Notes: generated from the sequence alone by a model not told the origin. A DNA stretch of 64,000 nt from an uncultured Actinomycetes bacterium (GCA_963706025.1 CAVPLM010000005.1:192001-256000), one strand, 5' to 3'; positions 9,850 through 23,644 are shown, counted from the first letter of the stretch. Program-made: numbers and translations.

Positions 9850-11091
9850 TTGAACGGCTACTTCATCGCTGCGCTTGTCGGACTGATGGTCGTGGAGGCG
9901 ATCGGCTGGATCGGCGAGTTGCTGAATCTCCGCGCCCTTGGGCCTACGCTGCCTGACGAGTTCGCCGACGTCTACGACGCCGCCGAATATCGGCGTTCCC
10001 AGGACTACACGCGGACGAAGACGCGCTTCGGTCTGGTGGCCTCGCTGTTCGATCTGGCCGTCCTGCTCGCGTTCTGGCTGGCCGGCGGCTTCGGCTGGCT
10101 CGACGAGGTGGTGCGCTCCTTTGGGCTGGGCCCCGTGTGGACCGGGCTGGTCTTCCTACTGATCCTCGCCGTGGCCAAAGGGATCCTCGACCTGCCCTTT
10201 CAGATCTGGGGCGTGTTCGTCATCGAGGAGAAGTACGGTTTCAACCGTACCTCGCCCCGCACGTTTGTCCTCGATCTCGTCAAGGGGCTGGGAATCGCGG
10301 TCGTTCTGGGCGTGCCCCTGACGATCGGTTTCCTCGCCCTGTTCGAATACGGCGGGGATGCGGCTTGGATCTACGCCTGGGCGGCGGTAGTCGCATTCTC
10401 GTTAGTCATGCAGATCCTGGCTCCGACCCTCATCATGCCGCTCTTCAACAAGTTCACCCCTTTGGAGGAGGGCGAGCTCAAAGAAGAGATCCTGGCATAC
10501 GCGCAACGGATCCGGTTTCCCCTGAAGGGAGTGTTCTCTATCGACGCCTCCCGGCGCACGACCAAAGGGAACGCATTCTTCACCGGTTTCGGGAAGAGCA
10601 AGCGTATCGCGCTCTTCGACACCCTGATCCAGCGACACCCCATGGGGGAGCTGGTGGCGGTCCTGGCCCATGAGGTGGGCCATTACAAGAAACGGCATGT
10701 GCTGATCGGCACGATCCTTTCGGCGCTGGAGACGGGCGTGTTTCTCGGGCTGTTCGCCCTGCTCATCGAGCAAACGGCCCTTTTTGAGGCCTTCGGCGTG
10801 GACAAGCCATCCGTGTACGCCGGGGTGATCTTCGTGGCCATCCTTCTCAGGCCGCTGCAATTCGTCCTCTCGATCGGGGGCGCCGCGCTCTCCCGGCATC
10901 ACGAGCGCAAAGCCGACTCCTTCGCCGCGACTACCACCGGCCGTGGTGATCTACTGGCTTCCGGTCTGAAGCGCTTATCCAAAGACAGCCTCTCGAATCT
11001 CACTCCGCACCGCTTCTTCGTGCTCCTCAACTACTCGCACCCGCCCGTGCTCGAGAGAGTGCGGGCGCTGGGATCCGGCCGCTCCACGTGA
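9850..11091 (+). CDS. M48A family Zn metallopeptidase (Ste24-like)
   Basis: FVIEEKYGFNRT, PLFNKFTPL, NAFFTGFGKSKRIALFDTL, HEVGH (HEXXH), YSHPP. Confidence 0.92.
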   Translation: MNGYFIAALVGLMVVEAIGWIGELLNLRALGPTLPDEFADVYDAAEYRRSQDYTRTKTRFGLVASLFDLAVLLAFWLAGGFGWLDEVVRSFGLGPVWTGLVFLLILAVAKGILDLPFQIWGVFVIEEKYGFNRTSPRTFVLDLVKGLGIAVVLGVPLTIGFLALFEYGGDAAWIYAWAAVVAFSLVMQILAPTLIMPLFNKFTPLEEGELKEEILAYAQRIRFPLKGVFSIDASRRTTKGNAFFTGFGKSKRIALFDTLIQRHPMGELVAVLAHEVGHYKKRHVLIGTILSALETGVFLGLFALLIEQTALFEAFGVDKPSVYAGVIFVAILLRPLQFVLSIGGAALSRHHERKADSFAATTTGRGDLLASGLKRLSKDSLSNLTPHRFFVLLNYSHPPVLERVRALGSGRST

Positions 11092-12051
11092 GGCGCTCGT
11101 CCGGACTGTTCCGTGTCGGATTGGCCGCGGTCATTTGGGGCTCCATCCCCATTTTCGTACGTATGGTGGATACGTCACCGTTCGTGCTCGTGTTCTGGCG
11201 GGTGGCGTTCGGCGCCGCGGCCATGTCTGGTCTACCTACTCCTCACCGGCAAGGTGAGGGACCTGGCTCGGCTGGACCGGCGCCGTGTACTGGCGCTCCT
11301 GGCTGTAGGTGCTCTCATCGCCGTCAATTGGGTCCTGTTCCTTGGCGCGCTGACCATGACTCGGGTGGCGGTGGCGGAGTTGTTGGGCTATACCGGGCCG
11401 GTGTTCGTGGCCGCCTTGGCGCCGTTGATATCCCGCGAGCCCTACGACAGGCGGATCGTGCTCCCGCTCGTCCTGGCCCTCGGCGGCACGGCGATCATCG
11501 TCGGACTGGGTGAACTATCCCTCGAGGGTGGGCGCAGCCTGCTGGGCGCAGGCATGGCCTTCTGCTCGGCGCTCACCTATGCGGCTCTGATGCTCACCGG
11601 CAAGCGGCTCCTGCGCAACATCTCCGCTCCGATCCTCGCCTTCGGAGAGTACGCTTTCGCCACCGTCCTCCTGCTACCCGCCGTCCTGCTGCTCCCGGGG
11701 CCCTCCGCCCCCACAGAATGGGGCGCTCTCGTCACCCTGGGCGTCGTGCATACCGCCTTCGCCATACTCGTCTTCTTCTCGGGTCTCCGCCACGTGCGCA
11801 CCGATCACGCGGCGGTGTTCATGTACGCCGAACCGGTGACGGCCGTCATTTTCGCGGCCGTATTCCTGGCGGAGCCCCTCACCTGGGCCACGGTGGTCGG
11901 GGGTGCGGGGGTGGTCGCGGCAGGAATCTTGGTGGCACGCATGGCGCCGGCCGGCGGCATGGAAGCGGCGGGAGTGTCTGAGGCGCTAGAATCACCATTG
12001 AAGGACGGAGTGACGGCTGAGTCCCGGGATCCGGACAGGAGTGAGACATGA
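11088..12051 (+). CDS. EamA/DMT family transporter (frameshift near 11225)
   Basis: AAVIWGSIPIFVR...VFWR in ORF 11088, continuing to YTGPVFVA...E and YAEPVTAV...LAEP in ORF 11113; GTGA overlap with the M48 gene. Confidence 0.85.
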
Positions 12052-12959
12052 GGATCGCGCTTATCGGGCAGGCGGCTTTCGGAGAGAAAGTGCTCGAGGC
12101 CCTGTTGGCGGAAGGGGAGGAGGTGGCGGTGGTCTACATGCCTCCCGATGCCCCTGGTAGCAAGGGCAACTCGTTCAGGGAGTTGGCCGAGGCCAAGGGG
12201 ATCCCCGTGCGGCAACCGGCCAGGATGCGTGACCCCGAGGTCTACGAGGATTACCGGCAGTTCGAGGCCGACCTCAACGTCATGGCCTTCGTGACGGAGA
12301 TCGTTCCCCTGGCGATCCTGGACTATCCTCGGCTGGGGACCATCCAGTACCATCCATCCTTGCTTCCCCGGCATCGGGGAGGGAGCGCGATCAACTGGGC
12401 CGTGATCAACGGGGAGATGAAGACCGGCCTCACCATCTTCTGGCCGGACGAGGGTCTGGACACGGGGCCGATCCTGATGCAGAAAGAGGTCACGATCGAG
12501 CCGGACGACACCCTGGGGACGGTCTACTTCAACAAGCTGTTTCCGCTTGGTGTGGAGGCCATGCTGGAATCGGTTCGCCTGGTCAAGGAGGGCAAAGCCC
12601 CAAAGATCCCCCAGGATCTGACGCAGGGCGAGTACGAGCCGCTCTGCAAGCGCATGACGATCGATTGGATGTACCCGGTGGGGATCGTCTACAACGTCAT
12701 CCGGGGCTGCAACCCGTCGCCGGGTGCGTCCACGTCATGGCAGGGCGCAGGGGCTCAAGATCTTCGACTGCGAGAGGCGCGCCGTCAGCGGCCCGCAGGC
12801 GCCCGGCACGTCACCGGGATCGCGGAGGACGGCTTCCTGGTGGCGGCCAACGGCGGCAGCATCTTCGTGAAGCGGGTCCAACCGGCCGGCGCGGCCAAAC
12901 TGAGCGCCGCCGACTTCGTGGCGTCGGCCGGGATGCGAGTGGGGGATAGGCTGGGCTGA
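12048..12959 (+). CDS. Formyltransferase-fold protein (Fmt-like; resembles the 10-formyl-THF dehydrogenase hydrolase domain)
   Basis: MRIALIGQ, YHPSLLPRHRGGSAINW, GLTIFWPDEGLDTGPIL; compensating indels near 12745-12810 hide LKIFDC...PG. Confidence 0.8.
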   Translation: MRIALIGQAAFGEKVLEALLAEGEEVAVVYMPPDAPGSKGNSFRELAEAKGIPVRQPARMRDPEVYEDYRQFEADLNVMAFVTEIVPLAILDYPRLGTIQYHPSLLPRHRGGSAINWAVINGEMKTGLTIFWPDEGLDTGPILMQKEVTIEPDDTLGTVYFNKLFPLGVEAMLESVRLVKEGKAPKIPQDLTQGEYEPLCKRMTIDWMYPVGIVYNVIRGCNPSPGASTSWQGAGAQDLRLREARRQRPAGARHVTGIAEDGFLVAANGGSIFVKRVQPAGAAKLSAADFVASAGMRVGDRLG

Positions 12960-13006
12960 GCATCCAGACAGGTGCACTCCGGACCACCCGATACGAGGGC
13001 AGAGGA

Positions 13007-13477
13007 ATGACGGGAGACGAACCTAGTGTTCTCGAGTTGCTGATCGAGCACGAACTGGCGGTCAAGCGGCTGTACGAAGCATTCGCCGTGTTGTTCGCAG
13101 ATCGGCGGGACTTCTGGCAGAGCCTTGCCCGAGATGAGCAGGGACATGCCGATAGACTCGAGAGGCTGAGACCTCAGTCGACCGAAGTAGGCCGCTTCTG
13201 GCTCGACAGCGGACTCAGACCGCAGGCGGTCAAGTCGTCGATAGCCTATGTGGAGAGCCAGAAGGCCCGGGCTCAGGAAGGCAGGCTCAGACTGCTGCAG
13301 GCCCTCTCCATCGCCAAAGATCTCGAGAATGCGCTCATCGAGGACGAGTTCTCCAAGCTGAGCGGTCCCGTGAACGTTGAGATCGGGTCGGTGCTGGAGG
13401 ATCTTGCCGCCGAAACGGATAGACATCGAAGGACGCTTGCCGAAGCGTTGGAGGCTGAAAGGCGTTCAGGTCTGTGA
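13007..13477 (+). CDS. Ferritin-like (rubrerythrin-type four-helix) protein
   Basis: E-x6-LY...FW..LA.DE..H and E...LA.ET..H di-iron-like pattern. Confidence 0.65.
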   Translation: MTGDEPSVLELLIEHELAVKRLYEAFAVLFADRRDFWQSLARDEQGHADRLERLRPQSTEVGRFWLDSGLRPQAVKSSIAYVESQKARAQEGRLRLLQALSIAKDLENALIEDEFSKLSGPVNVEIGSVLEDLAAETDRHRRTLAEALEAERRSGL

Positions 13478-13707
13478 CCCGGTCCGCCGAGCAGGATCAC
13501 CGGTCACTGGCGCTCTGGGCGGCCGACTGCGCCGAGAACGTGCTCCCGCGCTTCGAGGAGGAATACCCGGGAGACGACCGACCTCGGAAAGCCCTCGAAG
13601 CAGGCCGTGCCTGGGCGCGAGGGCAGATCTCCGTGGGCGAGGCGCGCGCCGCCGCGTTTGCCGCTCACGGCGCTGCTCGCGATGCCGCCTGCGACACCGA
13701 CCGTTGA
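13474..13707 (+). pseudogene. Imm5-like putative immunity protein, C-terminally truncated
   Basis: DHRSLALWAADCAENVL..FE...P.DDRPRKALEAGRAWARG...AAHGAAR; stops before the family's usual AAG-x-A-x-A-x-AH segment. Confidence 0.6.
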
Positions 13708-13750
13708 TGTGGGGCGCGCCGGTGCAACCCGCTGCAGGAGGATCCCTATC

Positions 13751-14368
13751 GTGGACGACATGATCCGCTGCGACAGACAACACATAGACGCCCTGGCCGA
13801 ACTGTCCGCTCGAGCGCTCGTCAACGATCCACTCTACGAGCATGTCTTTCCGGATCCCACGACGCGGGAGGCCCTAGCAGCATGGGAGCTTGGAGGCATC
13901 GTGCATTATGGGGTTCGTTTCGGCGAAGCCTACGCGGCACCCGACCTCAGTGGCTGCGCGGTATGGTTGCCGCCGGGCCAGACGGATTTCACGCAAGAAC
14001 GCATGGCCGAGATCGGCATGTGGGACTCGGCCGCACGCATCGGCGCAGGCTCCGAAGAGCGCCTGATGAGATTCATCACGGAGTCGGAGGAGTGCCACAA
14101 AGAAGTCGCAGCCGATCTGCACTGGTACCTGGTCCTCCTGGCCGTGGATCCAACGAGGCAGAACGAAGGGATCGGGAGCGGCCTTCTCACAGCAGGCCTC
14201 GAGAGAGCAGACGCGGGAGGCTATCCGGTCTATCTCGAGGCCACCAATCCGCTCAACGTACCCTTCTACCGAAGGCGCGGCTTCGAAGTGCGCCTGGAGG
14301 CGCTCCTCTCTGATGGTGGCGCCTGTATCTGGTACATGGTGAGGGATCCGGTACGGCGTACCGCCTGA
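13751..14368 (+). CDS. GNAT N-acetyltransferase (puromycin N-acetyltransferase-like)
   Basis: AVWLPPG, HWYLVLLAVDPTRQNEGIGSGLL, YLEATNPLNVPFYRRRGF; AGGAGG upstream of GTG 13751. Confidence 0.85.
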   Translation: MDDMIRCDRQHIDALAELSARALVNDPLYEHVFPDPTTREALAAWELGGIVHYGVRFGEAYAAPDLSGCAVWLPPGQTDFTQERMAEIGMWDSAARIGAGSEERLMRFITESEECHKEVAADLHWYLVLLAVDPTRQNEGIGSGLLTAGLERADAGGYPVYLEATNPLNVPFYRRRGFEVRLEALLSDGGACIWYMVRDPVRRTA

Positions 14369-14449
14369 GCCGCGCAACTGCGGGCATGCAGCGACCGGCA
14401 CGAGGCGATAGAGTTGGCAGATCGAGCCGTGTCTTCAGGGAAGGATGTC

Positions 14450-14887
14450 ATGGTTGCCGCTGAAAAGGTGCTCCCGGCGTCGCTACGTTTGGAGATGCTC
14501 GCTCCTTGCGGGATGGACTGCGGCCTCTGCTACTCGTACTTCAGGCCCAGAAACCGGTGTGCCGGCTGCAATGGCGACGATGGCTCCAAGCCGCGCTACT
14601 GCGTGTTGTGCGCGATCAAGAACTGTCCCGAGCGCAGGGGCGATTTCTGCGGCGGATGTGCGACTTATCCCTGCGCTCGCCTGCGGCGGCTGGACTCTCG
14701 ATACCGGAAGAAGTACGGTATGAGCATGCTGGAGAACCTCCGCTACATAGCCGCGCATGGGCCGGAGGCGTTTCTGGCCCTGGAGAAGGAACGATGGCAA
14801 TGCGCGGACTGCGGCGGGCTGGTCTGCGTCCACAGGGAGAGCTGCGTTCACTGCGGCCGCGCCAGAGACCAGGCTGGTCCCGCTTAG
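14450..14887 (+). CDS. DUF3795 Cys-rich protein
   Basis: APCGMDCGLC...CAGC...CAIKNC...FCGGC..YPC, C-terminal CxxC...CxxC. Confidence 0.8.
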   Translation: MVAAEKVLPASLRLEMLAPCGMDCGLCYSYFRPRNRCAGCNGDDGSKPRYCVLCAIKNCPERRGDFCGGCATYPCARLRRLDSRYRKKYGMSMLENLRYIAAHGPEAFLALEKERWQCADCGGLVCVHRESCVHCGRARDQAGPA

Positions 14888-14991
14888 CGATCGCTCTGGC
14901 TCGGGAGAACAGTACCGCAGCGAGGCGTTTGACCAGAAGGTACGAGACCGGAGGAATCACGGCGGTCGCAGGAGAATCAAGGGAGGCAAGA

Positions 14992-15897
14992 ATGAACGGG
15001 AAACAGATTCACGGCTATGGTGTGCTGGTCATCCTGCTGATCCTGTCGCTGACCGCCTTCGCTTGTGGAGGGTCAGGCGATGGTGATGGGCAAAGCGAGA
15101 CGACGCAATCATCGGCGGTGGGATCCACCGAGCCGAGTGGGTCCGGGTCGTCGGCGGTGACAGGCGGCCAGACGACTACTTCGCAATCCCCCGGTGAGCA
15201 GACAACGGTTCCGGCTGGTTCCACCACCACTGCGGCCTCCGGTGGCGACCTGACCAGCTACCGCATTCATACCACCTGGCGGGATGGCAGCCGTGAAGGA
15301 CCGGTTAAGACCGAATGGGATACGGCGTATGTCGCCGATCCGCTCGCCGTCCACCACAAGGCCGAAGGGGACGTCGACATGGAGATGGTCCTGGTCGGGA
15401 AAACCTTGTGGACCAGGTTCATGGACCTGCCCTGGCAGAAGACGGAATTGCCCGAGGGAGAGACGGCTGACTGGGCGAGCATGCTTTCCGAGGCGGAATC
15501 GCTGGTGGATGTCGAGGAGCAGACACCTGTGGAGAACGATATTCAGTGGTTGATGGGACAGTCGGAAGTCAAGATTGCCGAAGGCAGCCTGACCCCGGCA
15601 GGCGAGGAGACCGTCAACGGGGTCACCTGCAAGCGGTACACAGTGGACTCGACCTACACCTACAGCGTGGAATACCAGGCGCCGCTGAGTGCCAAGGCCA
15701 CCCTCACCGAAGGTACTCAGGGTGAGATCTGGGTGGCCGACCAAGAGGGATGGTCTCCGTTCGTGGTGAGGGCGCAGCTCTTGCAGACCACGACCACCGA
15801 GTTGGAGGGGGGTCCTTCGGGCACTGAGATCGTGTACATCGAAGAGGACGTCACCGATATCAATTCGTCCGACATCGTGATCGAGCCTCCTCAGTAG
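14992..15897 (+). CDS. Secreted lipoprotein (possibly LppX/LolA-like fold)
   Basis: GGAGG RBS, signal peptide ending LTAFAC, S/T/G-rich linker, GEETVNGVTCKRY...IWV...DIN...IEPP pattern. Confidence 0.65.
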   Translation: MNGKQIHGYGVLVILLILSLTAFACGGSGDGDGQSETTQSSAVGSTEPSGSGSSAVTGGQTTTSQSPGEQTTVPAGSTTTAASGGDLTSYRIHTTWRDGSREGPVKTEWDTAYVADPLAVHHKAEGDVDMEMVLVGKTLWTRFMDLPWQKTELPEGETADWASMLSEAESLVDVEEQTPVENDIQWLMGQSEVKIAEGSLTPAGEETVNGVTCKRYTVDSTYTYSVEYQAPLSAKATLTEGTQGEIWVADQEGWSPFVVRAQLLQTTTTELEGGPSGTEIVYIEEDVTDINSSDIVIEPPQ

Positions 15898-16069
15898 TGT
15901 GAAGTCCCGGAGTCATCGCCGCTGATGCCCACGCCGCCGGGACATGCCACGCCGCGCGGAGGAAGTCGTTCCCGACGCTCCCCGAGCGTACAGCCGACAA
16001 GCGAATCGACCTGACGCCCGGCGGCTTCAGGTTGTTCGCAGAACTCCGGTCAGCTGATTGAGGAGCAGC

Positions 16070-17545
16070 ATGGAAGGCTCCAAACACGACCGACGGGCTC
16101 CGCAAAGTGCGGCGGCCGATCGTGCCGCTGGAGACCTTTGTTTTGCGAGCGCGAAAGAGCTCGCCGCTCTTATCCGGACTCGAGAGGTATCGGCGCGCGA
16201 GGTCATGGCCGCGCATCTTGAGCGGATCGAACGAGTCAACCCGAAGATCAATGCCATCGTCGCCAAACTGGACGACGAGGAATGCCTGGCCCTGGCCGAC
16301 GCGGCCGATCGACGGGCCGCAAGGGGAGAGGTGCTGGGGCCGCTCCACGGACTGCCGATCGCCTTCAAGGACCTCCAACCTGCCGTGGGCTTTCCGTTCA
16401 CGCGCGGTTCCACCATCTACAAGGACGCGATGCCGGCAGAGGATTCCGTGCTCGTCGAGCGGTTGCGTAGAGCGGGAGCGATACCGATCGGAAAGACGAA
16501 CACTCCGGAATTCGGAATGGGCTCGCACACCTACAACAAGGTGTACGGCACGACCCTGAACCCTTACGACCACACCAGAAGCGCCGGCGGTTCGAGTGGC
16601 GGCGCCGGCGCGGCGCTCGCGACCGGCATGCTGCCTATCGCCGACGGTAGCGACCTGGCCGGGTCTCTCAGAAACCCGGGGAATTTCAACAATATCGTGG
16701 GAATGCGACCCACCGTGGGATTGGTCCCGTCGGCGCCGGACCCGTTGCCGCTGCTGGGCTTTGGCGTCAACGGCCCGATGGGACGCACAGTCGTCGACAC
16801 AGCTTTTCTGCTGGGTGTCATGGTCGGCGCAGATCCTCGCGACCCCGGGTGCTTCCCCTCCGATCCCTCGGCGTTCCGCGGGACCCTGGACCGCGACTTC
16901 CGGGGGACGCGCGTCGCCTGGTGCCCCGACTTGGGCGGCCTCCCTCTCGACCCCGGCGTTCGCTCAGTGCTTGGAGCGCAGAGGAGCACGTTCGAGGCAC
17001 TGGGTTGCGTCCCTGAGGACGCGTGTCCCGATCTCAGCGGAGCAGACTCGATCTTTCTCACCATCCGCAGGTTTCGGAGCGCCACGGTCTACGGGCCATT
17101 GCTGGCGGAGTTCCCTGAACATCTGAAGCCGGAAGCCGTTGAAGAGATCGAACAGGGGCTCGCACTGACGAGTGCCGACGTTGGTCGAGCGATGATCCAG
17201 CACGGTCAGCTGCTGGAGCGGATGCGCCGCTTCGAGCAAGAGTACGAATTCTTGCTGTGCGCCGTGAATCAAGTGCCGCCGTTCGAGGCCACGCTGGACT
17301 GGCCCAAGGCCATCGATGGGGTGAAGATGGAGCATTACGTCGCGTGGATGAAGTCGGCCTACTGGATCACCACGACGTTTAGGCCGGCGATCTCGGTCCC
17401 GGCAGGTTTCAACTCCGATGGATTGCCGGTCGGCATCCAGATCGTCGGTCGCCATCGAGCGGATTTCTCCGTGCTGCAAATGGCTCATGCCTTCGAGCAG
17501 GCGACAGGCTTCGGTCGGGTCCGGCCGGCAACGGTGATGAACTGA
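16070..17545 (+). CDS. Amidase signature (AS) family enzyme
   Basis: GPLHGLPIAFKD, GKTNTPEFG, GGSSGG, GSDLAGSLRNP, GLPVGIQIVG. Confidence 0.92.
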   Translation: MEGSKHDRRAPQSAAADRAAGDLCFASAKELAALIRTREVSAREVMAAHLERIERVNPKINAIVAKLDDEECLALADAADRRAARGEVLGPLHGLPIAFKDLQPAVGFPFTRGSTIYKDAMPAEDSVLVERLRRAGAIPIGKTNTPEFGMGSHTYNKVYGTTLNPYDHTRSAGGSSGGAGAALATGMLPIADGSDLAGSLRNPGNFNNIVGMRPTVGLVPSAPDPLPLLGFGVNGPMGRTVVDTAFLLGVMVGADPRDPGCFPSDPSAFRGTLDRDFRGTRVAWCPDLGGLPLDPGVRSVLGAQRSTFEALGCVPEDACPDLSGADSIFLTIRRFRSATVYGPLLAEFPEHLKPEAVEEIEQGLALTSADVGRAMIQHGQLLERMRRFEQEYEFLLCAVNQVPPFEATLDWPKAIDGVKMEHYVAWMKSAYWITTTFRPAISVPAGFNSDGLPVGIQIVGRHRADFSVLQMAHAFEQATGFGRVRPATVMN

Positions 17546-17554
17546 CGGCCGCTA

Positions 17555-18079
17555 ATGCCCGTGGACCTCATCCTTCGACCCTTGCGCGAGGACGACGAGG
17601 ACGAATTCCTCCGCGCACATCGCGCTACCTCGCCCGGGTACCCCACCTTCCTCCACTATTACGAAGAAGACATGCCTTTCCGTCGCTATCTGGAGGCACT
17701 CGCCGAGCAGGAGCGAGGCATAGGCGTTCCGTCTGGTCACGTCCCGTCGATCTTCCTTTTTGCCTTTGTGGGCGGGAAGATCGTCGGAAGGGTGTCGATC
17801 CGTCCATCCCTCAATCCCCGTCTCGAGCGGGTGGGGGGACACATCGGGTACGTCGTCGTCCCCGAGTTCCGCCGCTGCGGCTACGCCACGGCGATGCTCG
17901 GCTCGGCGGTGCGGATCTGCCGCGACAAGCTTGGACTTGCCCGCGTCCTGGTGACGTGTGACGAGGACAACATCGCGTCGATGCGGACGATCGAGAAGGC
18001 CGGCGGTGTCCTCGAGAACGTCGTGGACGGCCCGGATCTCGAGAAGCCGAAGAGGCGGTACTGGATCCAGATCCGCTGA
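17555..18079 (+). CDS. GNAT N-acetyltransferase (COG3981-like)
   Basis: VGRVSIR..LN..L...GGHIGY.V.PEFRRCGYAT, VLVTCDEDNIAS..TIEKAGG...RYWI. Confidence 0.88.
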   Translation: MPVDLILRPLREDDEDEFLRAHRATSPGYPTFLHYYEEDMPFRRYLEALAEQERGIGVPSGHVPSIFLFAFVGGKIVGRVSIRPSLNPRLERVGGHIGYVVVPEFRRCGYATAMLGSAVRICRDKLGLARVLVTCDEDNIASMRTIEKAGGVLENVVDGPDLEKPKRRYWIQIR

Positions 18080-18188
18080 GGCGATGCAGCACGACGGAGG
18101 GCCGACAGGAGACCTCGCAACAAAGCATCCAGGCGGCTTTCGGCCCCGCCTTCCCACCCGCTCCCCGATACGCTACGATTGTCCCCGA

Positions 18189-18218
18189 CCTTTAATCGAG
18201 CCCCGTGAGGCCGAAAGG
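18189..18218 (+). promoter_or_regulatory. PyrR-binding RNA hairpin in the carB leader
   Basis: CCTTTAA-TCG-AGCCCCGTGAGGC-CGA-AAGG fits the PyrR loop consensus (CCUUUAA...ARUCCNGNGAGGY...AAGG) with one mismatch; candidate -10 TACGAT at 18174-18179. Confidence 0.8.
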
Positions 18219-18233
18219 AAGAGTGGCTGACGC

Positions 18234-21707
<3,474 letters not shown>

Positions 21708-21711
<4 letters not shown>

Positions 21712-22646
21712 ACGGAGCGATGCCAGGTCTCGCTGCCGGAATACCGCATCAGAGCAGGCGCGGACGAGTGTTGGGCCGGGTGACCGGGAACGAGTCGACA
21801 GGAAGCCTTTTTTGGCTGACCATCGAGGTTCCCGGCTGGGCCGAAGCCCGGCCGGGCCAGTTTGCGCTGCTCCAGGCCGAGCCCTCTCGATGCTTCCTCG
21901 GTCGGGCCCTGTCGATCTCTGACGAGGAGAAGGACAGGGTCTCTTTCCTGGTCGACCCGGTCGGCGAAGGTACGCGCGAGCTCTGTAGCCTCAGTGCAGG
22001 CGATCCGGCATGGGTCCTCGGTCCGCTGGGCAATGGGTTCGACCTGGACGAGGTAGTCTCGGGCTGCTCGCCACCGGGCATATCCGGCACAACGTCCGGC
22101 AAACGGAGCCGGCTGGTCGTCGTCGCCGGCGGAGCGGGAGTGGCCCCCTTCCCGCTGTTCCTGTCCCGTCTGGCTCGTCGGAAGACGGCCCGGGCCGGTC
22201 ACCCTGAGGTAGTGGTGCTCCTGGGTTTCCGTGACGCCTCTCGAGCTCAGGGAGCGATTCCCGTCAGGGGAGCGGTCCGCAGATCGACCGAGTCCGGCCT
22301 GTCCTGCCGCCTCGTCTTGGCCACAGAAGACGGTTCTCTGGGTCCCCCTCAGAGGGTGACCGACCTGCTGGAGACCGAACTACGACCGGGTGATCAGGTG
22401 GTGGTATGCGGCCCGCCCGCCATGTCGGCCGCGGTATGGCAGATCTGTTCCAAAACCGCGGACGTGCGCACGTGGTTCAGCTTAGAGGCGAACATGGCCT
22501 GCGGGGTCGGATCGTGCCACGGCTGCGCTGTTGCTCTTGCCGATGGTTCGTTCGCCCGGGTGTGCCATGATGGACCGGTGTTCCCCGGGGAGAGGGTCTT
22601 TGGAGGGTATGTGGCGCCTGTCGCCGGGGGGAAGGAGCCGGCATGA
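21708..22646 (+). CDS. pyrK: Dihydroorotate dehydrogenase B electron-transfer subunit
   Basis: PGQF, GPLGNGF, VAGGAGVAP, CGP, MACGVGSCHGC...VCHDGPVF 2Fe-2S motif; directly upstream of pyrD. Confidence 0.9.
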
Positions 22647-23644
22647 CCACTCCCGCTACCCCCGCCGCCGCTGTCGATCGACCCGATCTGTCCGTCCGCT
22701 TGGGCCCGCTGCGGCTGGAGCACCCGCTTATCAATGCCTCCGGCACTATGGAGATCCTCGATCTAGCGGATACGCTGGGACCCGGGATCCTGGGACATCC
22801 ACCGGTGGCCGCGTACGTGCCCAAGACGGTTCTCCTTTCGCCGCGTGCCGGCAATCCGCCACCCCGGATCCTCGAGACCCCCGCCGGGATGATCAACTCG
22901 ATCGGACTCCCGGGCGAGGGCCTGGAGACGTTCGTGAACGAGCGACTACCGCGGCTCCTTGCTTTGCCCTGCGCGCTCATATTGAGCATCGGGGGCTTCT
23001 CTCTGCAGGAATACGCATCCCTTGCCGCAGGGCTGCACAGCGCCCTGAAGCACTGGGAGGCGGACTGGCCGGCGAGAGTAGGATTGGAGGCCAATATCTC
23101 CTGCCCCAACGTGCACTCAGGTTGCGCTTCCATCGGCAGCGATCCTCAAGAGACGCTTGCGGTCGTGGCCGCCATCCGGGAGGTCTGGCCGGGGCTTCTG
23201 ATAGCTAAGCTGACGCCCAATGTCACGGATATCGGCGCCATCGCCCGTGCGGCGGTGCAAGGCGGAGCCGACGCCATCGCGGCCGTCAATACCTTCAAGG
23301 GACTGGTTGTCGACCGGGAGACCTTGCGGCCTTGGCTGGGCAACATCACGGGAGGTGTCTCCGGCCCGGCGATCAAGCCGCTCGCTCTACGCCTGGTGTA
23401 CGAAGTTTTTCAGGCGGTGGAAGTACCCATCGTCGGCATGGGCGGAGTGGCGAGTGTGCAGGACGTGCTCGATTTCATGGCATGCGGGGCCCGAGTGGTC
23501 GCCGTAGGGTCTGCTGCGTTTCGAGATCCTTGGATCGCCCAAGATCTTGCCGATGGGCTGGCGCAGGAGTTGGCCGCTCGGGGGCTGATCCTAGATGAGC
23601 TGGTCGGTTTGGCTCACCGTGGTCAAGTATCAGGCTGTACTTAA
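22643..23644 (+). CDS. pyrD: Dihydroorotate dehydrogenase family 1B catalytic subunit
   Basis: NASGT, GNPPPRI.ETPAGMINSIGL, NISCPN, KLTPNVTD, GGVSGPAIKP. Confidence 0.93.
   Translation: MTTPATPAAAVDRPDLSVRLGPLRLEHPLINASGTMEILDLADTLGPGILGHPPVAAYVPKTVLLSPRAGNPPPRILETPAGMINSIGLPGEGLETFVNERLPRLLALPCALILSIGGFSLQEYASLAAGLHSALKHWEADWPARVGLEANISCPNVHSGCASIGSDPQETLAVVAAIREVWPGLLIAKLTPNVTDIGAIARAAVQGGADAIAAVNTFKGLVVDRETLRPWLGNITGGVSGPAIKPLALRLVYEVFQAVEVPIVGMGGVASVQDVLDFMACGARVVAVGSAAFRDPWIAQDLADGLAQELAARGLILDELVGLAHRGQVSGCT

Noticed and set aside
16018-16034. 17-bp identity CCGGCGGCTTCAGGTTG with about 40526-40542
   Set aside because: A single GC-rich match in unrelated contexts; compatible with chance.
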